The position numbers were made by a program, and so were the translations under genes. Shown one piece after another: positions 26,330-37,149 of a stretch of DNA of 64,000 nucleotides. The notes under the pieces were generated by a model, which saw nothing but the letters and a program-made list of their open reading frames with translations, was not told the origin of the DNA and did no database searches. Every line of letters starts with the position of its first letter. The first letter of the stretch is position 1. Location of the stretch: NCBI RefSeq assembly GCF_037042905.1, contig NC_087250.1:9860001-9924000 (forward strand). Reading direction: 5' to 3'. The DNA comes from Lytechinus pictus. Its lineage: Eukaryota.

Positions 26330-26805
26330 TCAGATTCGGAGTGAGAGATAGAGGGGGACGGGCAGAAGAAATGGGGAATATCAAAGAGGGGATTCGGAAT
26401 GAGAGATAGAGGGGGGGGGGGTGGCAAGACAAAAGAAGTGAAGGAAGAAGAGGTGATTCGGAATGAATGATAGAGGGGGGTGGCGAGACGAAAGAAGTGA
26501 AAGAACAAGAGGTGATTTGGAGTGAGAGATAGAGGAGGGGGGAAGGGGGCAGAAGAAATGGGGAATATCAAAGATGTGATTCGGAATGAGAGATAGAGAA
26601 GGGGGCGGGTAGAAGAAATGGGGAATATCAAAGATGTGATTCGGAGTGAGAGATAGAGGAGGGGGGGGGGCGGGTAGAAGAAATGGGGAATATCAAAGAT
26701 GTGATTTGGAATGAGAGATAGAAGAGGAGGGGGGGGGAGACGAAAGAAGGGTGATTCGGAATGAGAGATAGAGGAGGGGGGTGGCGAGACGAAAGAAAAA
26801 GAGGT
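26330..26805 (+). repeat. Purine-rich ~60-bp minisatellite, about 8 units
   Basis: Recurring gattcggaatgagagatagagg(g)n...gaagaaatggggaatatcaaaga. Confidence 0.85.
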
Positions 26806-28294
26806 GAATTAGTATATATATTGTTTTGAACTATCAAGTTTACGTCATGTTGATGAGTAAAAGCTTATTATGCGCCTTTGCCAGCACACGGATTATCATG
26901 TTGGGGGCACATGTATTAAATTATGGCATTCATCCCCATCATGATAAACCAAAATTGAAAATACTTTTTGTAATATTATGCAGAGATATCATATTTAAAA
27001 CATTGATGTACATTATTTTATTTATTTTGACATTTATGCTCCTCAAAAAATGTCTTATTTACCTGTAAAAATAAATATCATCAAACCGAAACTATGGCTG
27101 TTGGCATAAGCTTCCTTTTACCTTGTTTTCATACAAAACTCAGGATACGTTTGTTTTTTTTTTGGAAAAAAAAGTTCAAAGGGGACGAGACATCAAAGCA
27201 CCCCGTTAATTACCCTCGACAATGGGTTTAATCTCTCCCATTAACCCCCCCCCCCCCACACACACACACACAAGTCAGCCCTTATTGACAATAGAGTCAG
27301 GTTGAAATGAACCTGGCCCTGGAAATTATCAACATCCTGCTTAGCGGAAAATGAAAGGGAAAATCACAGGGATTATTTTGTCTTCTTCTTTCTTTTGTTG
27401 CCACAAGAGTGTTAGAATAAAAAGAACTTGATTGGTCTTTCAATGATAGTTTACTGTAAGTATTAAGGCGTATCAGCCATGCAACGTGGCCAACATGCCG
27501 ATGAGAAAAGGTTATATATCTCAACATATTTATATTTTCGTTAAACATCTTGAGTGTCAAACTCTATCTCTTTAATCATCTCCTCCGAAAAAATGATTAT
27601 TTTTTTTCTTTTTCAATAAATGAAACAATATAAAACTCTTGACATATATAACAGTCATTGTTTTATTGAAGGATTGATTGAATAGCCTGTGTATGTTTAT
27701 AATCGTTATTGTTGTCATCCCAATCTCTTCTTACAATTTCTTGTCACAATAATGAATAACAAATCTTTTAATGCAACTGTTTGTGGTATTGTAATATTAG
27801 TAAGATTTGCGGTACTTGATGACAATTGATAGATAAAAGTAGGAAGTAGAGGGATGCGAATTATAGGAGGAGAAAAACGAGCATATTAAAGCGATGAGGA
27901 AAAGCCGAATAAGAAGTAGAAGTGGATCGAGAAGAACAAGAAGGGGTCAACATTGTTGTTGTCAGTGCTATCAAGCAATGTTAACGTTTGAATAAAACAG
28001 GACAAAATTGGCGTGTAATGCAGTATCCAGCTGTATCCGGCCGCAAAAAACAAACGTAAAAGAAATCATTGATTCAATTTTGATTATTTTTCATACGTGA
28101 AGTCGTTTTCCAAAGTTCCCGAATCTTCCGTGTCAATCTGAATTTGCAAGCTGCACCATTTTCAAAATCGGCAGTACTTCTTTCGATAGTATTATTTTCA
28201 CTTCAGTTCGTTGACAACGGAATCTCTCCGGGTGGACATTATAACGTTAATTATGTCAATAAAACAAGATATGTTTATCTCCCAATGGCCTAGT

Positions 28295-28505
28295 TACAGA
28301 GCCTTTAAAGGGATATAAAACCTTTTATAAGTCGACTTGGCGAGATAGCGTATCTCGCCATGTCGACATATAACTTTTTATAAGTCCACTTGGCGAGATA
28401 AAGTATCTCGCCATATCGACATAATAAGGTTATTAAGTCGACATGGCAAGATAAAGTATCTCGCCAATTAAGTTGTCGAGTCGATAGCACTTTAAAGGCT
28501 CCGTA
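28295..28505. mobile_element. MITE with three internal palindromic repeats, nested in the 5.3-kb element
   Basis: TIRs tacagagcctttaaag and ctttaaaggctccgta; internal aagtcgacttggcgagata..tatctcgccatgtcgac three times. Confidence 0.8.
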
Positions 28506-29261
28506 CCTAATTGTTTTATTCTCTCAGTAAAACCTTTACATAAAAAAAACAAATATAATACAAAGTTAAAATACATGTATTACAAATCAGTGTAAAAGAC
28601 AGTCTAAAAATTGCATTATGATTCAGAATCATACTGAAGTAGTAAATTGCGAGAATTTTATTATCCACATCTGCACTGATCGGTCGCCATGTATGCGAGA
28701 CGACGCGGCGCACTAGCTAGCTGTAGTCGTTTCCAACTTGGTCATTGCTTCCATATCATGCTTCGCTACGGACATTAAAGAAAGCCTTTCATTAACATGT
28801 TTTTAACTCAGAAATAATTTGAAGTCGAACACTAGTACTAAGTGGAACTAGTACAGGCACATGCGGGGCACATGTTTAATCTTCATTCCAGAGCGAGCTA
28901 CGCCGCGGAATTGAGGTCTAGTCGTGGCCACATGAATCGTAGAAATTGCATCTGCCAATTTTAGTAGACATGGGGGCAGCGGTAGCGCGCTTAGGGTGAT
29001 TAGCTGCAGTTGACGCTAGCTTGCAGCGAGCTGCCGCTAGCACGCAGCGGGCTGGGGATTAAATCTATAATCCGATGGATTTACAAGTATGGCAGCGAGC
29101 GGCAGCGGGCACAGGGGGAGCTGCGAGAGCGGATGTGAGTTCTATTGTGCCTTAATTATCGCAGCTAGCTGCCGCTGGCCGACGCTATTATCCCGTCTTA
29201 GAGCGTGCAGGGGTACGCTCGCCGGGTGCACGCTGCCAATGCAATATGGATCCTTTCCCTA

Positions 29262-32200
29262 TACAGGAAGATAATGAGAGAAACGTGGCTTGAAAATAAT
29301 GGTGATCCATCCGTTGGAGAGCAAGCTCTGGCAGACATGAAACAAAGTATCCTTCGTACTCAATATTTCAGCGAGATTGAATTAGAGAGAATAAAGGAAA
29401 ATGCCCAAAGTCTTTGTAGAGAACGAAAGCGTAATGCAACAAAGAATCAAGATGACAGGGGAAAACGAATAACAGATAAAGTAGACAAATTGCACGACAC
29501 TAACAATGATAGAGAGAGATCGGGAAAAGGAGAAAACTCGGTAATCACCAACACTGAGAAGGTGAGAAATTCTATCCATGATGAAGGAAGTACAGTTTCT
29601 GGAAATACAGTGAATATATTTCTTGACGAGGGGATTATATTCAACAATCAACAGGATGTTCGGACGCAGAGTGATAGGGGCTTACGAGATGGAGAACACA
29701 ACCAAAGAATATCACAGGAACAACGTATGAATCGTCTTGATATGGACAGTGCTCAGAAGAAAAGAAAGAAAAATGACTACATCGCTCAATTTGGGGCGTG
29801 TTCCTTGTCTCTTCTACAAAAACTAGATGAAATCGAAACGGTAGACACACATATTGAGGCCGAATACCAAAGAGGAGCACATTTCTTTCAGTACTGTGAC
29901 ACATCTGACAACAAGCCCGCTGGTGGAGAGGGAAAGGGATCAACGATGAACAGAAGAAAAAACAGCTCTTATAAGACTGGATTCTCTTCACATGTAGACA
30001 TACACCAACACTTGCAACAACCTAAAGTGAAATCTCGTACTCTTCGGGTTACAGCAATAGAAAAGGCTAAGAAAAGACAAGAAATTACTGAGACTGAACA
30101 TGGGGACGATGTTGCCCATTTTCTATGCGGTGGAGAGCCTCGCATTCAACAAGATAAAGAATGTGAAAGGAACGTATCGGGTAATATCAAATCATCTGTA
30201 CCCGAGAGAGATGCGATTGTATCACAAGACTCGACAAATGAAGACAGAGATTCCGATCAACGGCTGTTATCAGCACTGAGGAGCAACTTTGAATATGTGA
30301 AGGGAATATCAATATCAGATAGACCCCAAATTCCCAAGATCGACACAAGGTGCTGTACTACTAGGAGCGTGATCGACAAAGTAGATAAAATGCTTGAAAA
30401 GGTGCAATCTAGTCCTTCCAGTTTGTTGGAGATAAACTGTCTTATCTGGGCAGGAGCAAAAACTGTAACAGAACATATGGGACTCAAGCTTCATTCATCA
30501 AACCACTCTACCAATCATAAGAAGAAGGCTCCTGAATGGAAGAAAAGGCTACAAACCAAGATAGCAGAACTACATAAAGACGTGGCTCAACTCGGAGAAG
30601 TAGATAAGGGAAACATAAAATCCAATCGGATGAAGAGCAATGCCAAAAGACTTCAGAAGAAATATCGCATTGACGATAAGACCCGTACTAGGACAACTGT
30701 TATAGAAACGCTCAAAATGAAGATAAATGCTCTCAAACACCGTGTTAAGAGATACACAAAGAGTAACAATTTCAAACGGCAGAATAAACTCTTCCATGGA
30801 AACAGAAAGAAATTCTTTCGTGAGCTGGATTCAAAGATGACTGAGACGAAAGATGTTCCATCGGCAGATGATATGAAGAACTACTGGAAAGAACTTTGGG
30901 ATAATGATATCACTCACGAAGAAACTCCCTGGATTCAGTCGGAAGCAGACAAATGGTCCAATGTGCCAGCGCAGCAGCTAGTAGACCTGACCTTACCTGA
31001 ACTACAAAACTACAAAATACTAATCTACTGAAAATCATCAATGACATTATCAGAGGGAACAGGACTATTGAGAAATGGCTGCCAATTGGAAGGACCTATC
31101 TACTGTACAAAGGCAAAGACCCAAAACAACCTAAGAACTATCGTCCAATCACTTGCCTTAATACTATGTATAAGCTGCTGACATCAACGCTTGCCATGCA
31201 CATCGAACGACACATCGATGATCATGACATAATGGAGGTCACTCAGAAAGGTTGTCGAAAAGGAAAGAAGGGTTGTAAAGATCACCTAATGACAAACAAA
31301 GCAATAATCGGTAATGCTCGCCAAAGACAGACCAATCTATCCATGGCTTGGATAGACTACAGGAAGGCATTTGACAGCGTACCACATAGTTGGATCATCA
31401 AAGTTCTAGAGATGTATCACATCAATCCACAAATAGTCAAGTGCATATCAGCAGGCATGAAACAATGGAGCACTACTCTTTCGCTTACGATAGGCACCCG
31501 TTCGATGACAGTGGAGGGGGTCCGAATCAAGAGAGGAATATTTCAAGGAGATTCCTTATCTCCTCTTTTATTCTGCTTAGCTCTCAATCCAGTATGCTCT
31601 CTCTTACACGCTACGAGTTATGGCTACAGATACAAAGGGCAAGATGTATCTACGACAATAAACCATCTGATATATATGGATGATATCAAACTCTTTGCAA
31701 AAAATGACGATGAACTTCACAAGATGATAGCAGTAGTTAAACATTTCAGCGATGACATCAAGATGTCGTTTGGTATAGACAAGTGTGCCAAAGTTACACT
31801 TGTACGAGGAAGGAGGGTAAATACAGGCGACATGTTTGTGCAAGATGAGGAAACATCAATCAAGGAACTGACTAATGATTCGACATATAAATATCTAGGC
31901 ATAGCTGAGAACGATGTCATTAGCCATAACACAATGAAGGAGAAGGCAACATCAGAATACAAAAGAAGACTCGGGCTGATCCTTAAATCCGAACTGAATG
32001 CCAAAAATAAGATTGAAGCGATCAACACTCTAGCCATTCCTGTGCTTAGATACAGTTTTGGTATTGTTAACTGGAGACTAGCTGATATATATGTGGCCTA
32101 GATATTATGACCAGAAAGCAATTAACGATGCACAGATTACATCACCCAAAGGCCGCAATCGAAAGGTTGTACCTTCCCCGTGATCTTGGAGGAAGAGGTC

Positions 32201-33192
32201 TACAACAAATTGAGATGGTCTGGAATATGGAAGCAACGAACCTCGCCAACTACCTATCCAATCCACCTGATATACTGACGAGTATATCCCTCGATTATGA
32301 TAAATGTCAAGCAATATACTCCATTAACAAGCAAGCATCTATCTTATTGGCACAACATCGACTGACACTACCCTACGGTGAAAAAGAGAAGGCAAGACTT
32401 AAATGCTCCTTTCACAAGAAACTTCAAGAGCAACTTAAATCCAAGCGACTTCATGGCCACCATGAAAAACAGATGCATCGGGAGTTCGTAGACCAGAAAG
32501 ACACACATCAATGGCTTAAGTCGGCGGGACTAAGAGGTGAAACTGAAGGGTTCGTCTATGCTATTCAGGACCAGGTGGTGAGGACCCGTGCCTACGAAAA
32601 ATCTATCCTCAGAAGAGACACAGACGACACTTGCAGGATGTGTGGAAAAGAGACCGAAACAATCATGCATTTGGTATCAGCATGTTCGACTCTTGCTGGA
32701 ACTGAGTACATCACAAGACATGACAATATTGCCAAAGTTGTCCATTGGCAACTACTGAAGGATCGCGGTAAAATGACTTGTGATCACGCTTGGGAACATC
32801 AGCCACAAACGATCACCACGATCAATAACAGCACCATATATTGGAACTGTGGCATACTAACGGATAGAACCATCAACTGCAACAAGCCGGACATCATCGT
32901 CAGAGACAACAACGTAGTAAATATCATTGAGGTCTCTGTTCCCCATGATATCAACATTGCTGTAAAGGAAAGAGACAAACGGCTCAAGTATCAAGACCTA
33001 AGGATTGAGATCGAGAGGATGTGGAACGTGAAAGCAGAGGTCACACCAGTCATCATTGGTCACTCAGGAATGGTGAAGAAGGGAATGGAAGCCTGCATAA
33101 CCAAGATCTCTCCTCACCTTCGGATGTACGACATTCAGAAGGCAGCTATCTTGGGTACAACCAGATTGATAAGAAAGACTCTCGGACATTAG
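29262..33192 (+). pseudogene. Disrupted single ORF of the R4/Dong-like element (RT + zinc knuckle + RLE)
   Basis: Three ORF pieces (29205-31031, 31166-32101, 32107-33192). A frameshifting internal deletion is inferred near 31010-31020. Removing 2 bp from the AT run near 32085-32092 gives ADICGLDIMTRK in frame. Confidence 0.9.
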
Positions 33193-33289
33193 TAGTGTAA
33201 AGTTCCTAGTTGCACTTGAAATTACTTGGTGCTTTTTGTTAGAGCAAAGTTATTCAAGAAAAAAATACGGACTTGATCCTGTTTAGAGG

Positions 33290-33595
33290 AATAATAATAA
33301 TAAACAGTTCTTGTATAGCGCATATCACGATTATGAATAATGTCTCTATGCGCTTCCAAAGGACTTGGATATTATTACCCCAGCTGTAGCTTGGCAGCCG
33401 TAATTACTAAGATTACAGCGCACACGCATTTCAAGGAATAAATTCCTGCCAGGTATCCATTCACCTCACCTGGGTTGAGTGCAGCACAATGTGGATAAAT
33501 TTCTTGCCGAAGGAAATTACGCCATGGCTGGGATTCGAACCCACAACCCTCTGTTTCAAAGTCCGGAGACTAATCCACTGGGCCACAACGCTCCA
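33290..33595 (-). mobile_element. tRNA-derived SINE with (TTA)n tail
   Basis: Minus strand has A-box tggcccagtgg, B-box ggttcgaatcc and the core tgtgctgcactcaacccaggtgaggtgaatgg. Confidence 0.88.
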
Positions 33596-34535
33596 CTAAT
33601 TGTATAAAACCTATGGGGAAAATGAGAGGGGATTTTGGAGGGGTTTGAAGAGGGCTCAATGGTGGCGCATGGAAATAATTCCACGTTATATTACCAAGAA
33701 ACCTCTGAAATATATTCATCTCAAATTTAAGGGGAATAAATTGAATGAAACAAATTCAAAATGTAAAATCGTCTATTCCTTCAGCCCTTCTTCATATCTC
33801 TCATATATTTTGTACACAACCATCTCGCGATACGCAAAGGTAAAAACAGGTCGTTATTTACTCAACGCTGTAGGGCGCTCTTCCCGAGCGTTTCCAGGGG
33901 GGTGAAACTCCGCTTCTGCATCCGGTCAGAATTGGGAAAAATTTTAGAGGGTCAAAAGTGGACACTGCTCCCATTTTTCAAGTACAAGCCTAGAGACACC
34001 GCCACTGTATTGGTACACCAGCGAAATGGAGGCGTGGTCATGAAACGTCCTTCATGCATAGCGTAAATTAGCATTTTGTCACTAATTAGAATAATGTGCG
34101 ACCTGATTGAATATCGTTGGTGTCGCTTTAGCTCGAGCTGCCTTTTAGCGCTCATGCATTCAAGGAATTAATCCTGCCGGGTACCCATTCACCTCATCTG
34201 TGTTGAGTGCAGCACAATGTGGATAAATTTCTTGCTGAAATGAATTCTTATTTCTTATGAAATTAAATGAAAATTTCTTGCTAAAGGCTGGGATTCGAAC
34301 CCACGACCCTCTGTTTCGAAGTCAGAAGAATTATCCACTGGGCCACAACGCTCCACAATGTACAACAAAGAAAAGCAGATATGGTGCCTATTATTAATTA
34401 GAATATTTGGAATTCGGAGGGGTTTGAGTAATATGTCTACTATTAAATCATACTGCATAGCTCATGTAGCTCTGATGCACATCGGGAATGCATTCACCCT
34501 TTGTATTCACAATGCAGTGTAACGGCAATCGCAGG

Positions 34536-35013
34536 TATAGCCAAAGATACTACAAGGAGAAGATCGGACACTTCGACGGTTTTTTTAAACGCTCGATAAA
34601 TGCTTATGGGGAAGGGCGCCAAACAGTGTTGAGTATTTAAACCTTTGCATATCTGCACTCGACTGTGTATAAAACCTATGGGGAAAATGAGAAAGGGGAT
34701 TTTGGAGGGGTTTGGAGAGGGCTCAAGGGTGGCGCATGGAAATAATTACACGTTTTATTACCAAGAAACCTCTGAAATATATTTATCTCAAATTTAAGGG
34801 GAAAAAATTGACTGAAAAATTTTCCAAATGTAAAATCGTCTATATCTTCAGCCCTTCACCATATCTCTCATATGTTTTGTACACAACCATCTCGCGATAC
34901 GCAAAGGTAAAAAAAGGTCGTTACTTACTCAACGCTGTAGGGCGCTCTTCCCGAGCGTTTCATTACGCGGTCTATGTACTGTCCGATCTTCCCCTTGTAG
35001 TATATTTGGTATA
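34536..35013. mobile_element. MITE with long imperfect TIRs, TA-flanked (second intact copy 53992-54468; interrupted copy 23094-23230 plus 33601-33894)
   Basis: tatagccaaagatactacaaggagaagatcggac versus gtccgatcttccccttgtagtatatttggtata; inverted similarity extends over 100 bp. Confidence 0.82.
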
Positions 35014-37044
35014 GCGTTTCGGGGGGTGCTGCATATGGGGAATAATACACGCAGCACCCCCTAGGAAAACCCCATCACCCCGCTGACACATTCATATGTT
35101 CTTGAAAGCATTCTGCGTCGCGGTGCTAAACTCCCTATTTAGATGCAATAGAGTTTCGTACCGCGACGCAGAATGTTTTTTTTTAGAACATAGGAATGTA
35201 TTACAAAAAGGTTTTCGTGACAAGGGGTAACAAAGAGGTATTTGCCGAAAATTGGTGAATCATAACAGAAGTTTCGTCCGGGACTCTGGACGAACGATAT
35301 ATTTGCAATTTTCGTGTTTTTTAAATATATTTATTTCAATACGGTTAAAAAAATACTTGCTCTCAGCCGACAAGGCTGTTTTTCAGCAAGTCCGTACAAT
35401 TCAATTTACAAAATTCTCAAAAACAAGTTGAAAAATAAAAACGGGTGTTTTCTACTCGCCGTACGGGGAATGGGACTGCAGCGTTAGGACGAAACTGCTG
35501 ATTTGGTTCACCAATATTCGACAAAGACCTCCCAGCTTTTCATTGTCATTTGACGCCTATTTTCATATCGGTTTGTGTTATAGGAAAAAACGATCCGCCG
35601 ATACAACGTGCAACTATTTACTACATGGAATTCTAGACCAAGCTTCAGAAAAATCGAGGGGACGGAAACAGAACTACTCCATTGATTCATATGTCGGTTC
35701 GATAATGAGGGTGATGATGGTGAGGAAATAACATAAAAGATTAAATCCATGCTGCACATATGTTTCTTATACTCCACTTACTTCAGTTTAATTTGAATCC
35801 AAAGTTCAGAATAAAGGACGAATAAGCTTACTTAACATGTTTACCATCACAAGAATAATAGTAATAATAATGATATAACATTTATAGGGCGCTTAATACA
35901 GATGTTTCTAAGCGTTCAGTTTTCTGCTTTCTTTTGAATTACCGGGGAAAATAAAAAGTGGTCTTAATGATTTCAAAACAAAATTTAAAGAAACAAACGA
36001 AACGCAACTAAGATACGCACCTCCATAATAATAGACCTACCCACAACTGATATCTAGACATTAAAAAGGTGGGTCTTTAGCAAGTCTCAAGGGAGTTGGC
36101 ATTATGGATACGAGATTGTAATTTATTCCACTGGATTAGAACAACAACAGAGAAGGCTCGATCACCATAACTGGTATTTGTACGTGGTCCTAAAGTTAGC
36201 TGCAAGGTTTTTGAAGAACGAAGTGGTCTAAGTGAGCTAGAAGAGCGGAGAGAGATGAGGTAAGAGAGATATTCAGGAGCTAGGCCATTGATTATTTTAT
36301 ACGTCAAAAGAAGAACTTTGAAAACGATGCGCTGGCGTATTGGAAGCCAATAAAATAATTACAGAATATGTGTGATATGTTCAGATTTTCTTAAAAGAGT
36401 AACAAGCCTTGCAGCAGTATTTTTTCATTCTTTGGAGTGGGCGTTAATGTGAGAGTGGGAAACCAGAAATAGCAGAATTGCAGTAATCAAGGTGGAAAGA
36501 TACAAAAACATGGGTAAGTTTACTAGTTATGGTCATTGTGGTCGGGTCGAGTAGCTTCCTCATTTTTCCATGTTTGGAAAATCAAATCCATGTAGCAACG
36601 AACCATATTTAATTTGACCAATAACAGAGCCACCATTGGGATCGTTACATGTGTCTAAATGACTTATCAATCCTTTTCATTTGCTCTTTAGTCTTCATCG
36701 AAAGTTCCCTGTATTGCAGAACATGTATCGGTGTCTTTTCGCTTTGTTTTCCAGATTGACTATTAGTAAATGTACATAATCTTTTTAAACAAGACAGGCG
36801 CCCTTTATGAAAGTTCAGTCCAGACAGATCTAAGGCTACCTCTTAAACATAAGAAATAGGACACTTATTTTGACAATCAAAGCTTTACAGGTTTCAACAT
36901 CGACACGGTAGCGAATGGGAGCGCAAAGAGAAGGGTTTTTTCAGTCTGTGTCATCGTCTTCCCTTACTTCTCTCACACTCACTTTCTTTATTTCGAAACC
37001 TACTATCGTTTTTTTGTCCACATTCTGGTCATTTTTATACATAC

Positions 37045-37149
37045 CGACTGCACATGTTGGTCCTTGAAACCTGGCTGAACAGGAGCAGGTGAAACCTTCC
37101 AGTGTTTCCGTGCATGTTCCTCCATTAAGACATGGGTTGGGTAAACAGT
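37045..37149 (-). CDS. Gene 2 EGF-like exon
   Basis: Same peptide as 2036-2140; bounded by tcccag and gtatgt; phase 1-1. Confidence 0.92.

Larger units (their letters stand above)
23931..29259. mobile_element. 5.3-kb non-autonomous TIR DNA transposon inserted in the retrotransposon ORF
   Basis: Left end gggaaagcatccatattgtatttgcagcgtgcacccggcg matches the reverse complement of the right end cgccgggtgcacgctgccaatgcaatatggatcctttccc; gctagc/gcagc-rich subterminal regions; removing it restores the host frame. Confidence 0.88.
23842..33303 (+). mobile_element. Near-full-length, inactivated non-LTR retrotransposon with restriction-like endonuclease (R4/Dong-like), split by the insertion at 23931-29259
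   Basis: RT motifs (NYRPITCL, WIDYRKAFDSV, GIFQGDSLSP, YMDDIKL), CCHC knuckle (CRMC..ETIMHLVSAC), RHD and PD..E endonuclease; (TAA)n on both sides. Confidence 0.93.

Noticed and set aside
24888..26837. Lys/Glu-rich, Phe/Ser-rich and poly-Thr ORFs
   Set aside because: Translations of purine-rich low-complexity DNA, a minisatellite and (ACT)n.
28330..28470. Palindromic repeats resembling a mini-CRISPR
   Set aside because: Linkers are short and similar to each other, the repeats sit inside MITE TIRs, and there are no cas genes.
17029..33192. Diversity-generating retroelement (RT near a variable C-type lectin fold)
   Set aside because: The RT belongs to a broken RLE non-LTR retrotransposon; the lectin changes involve all four bases rather than adenines only, and no template repeat is present.
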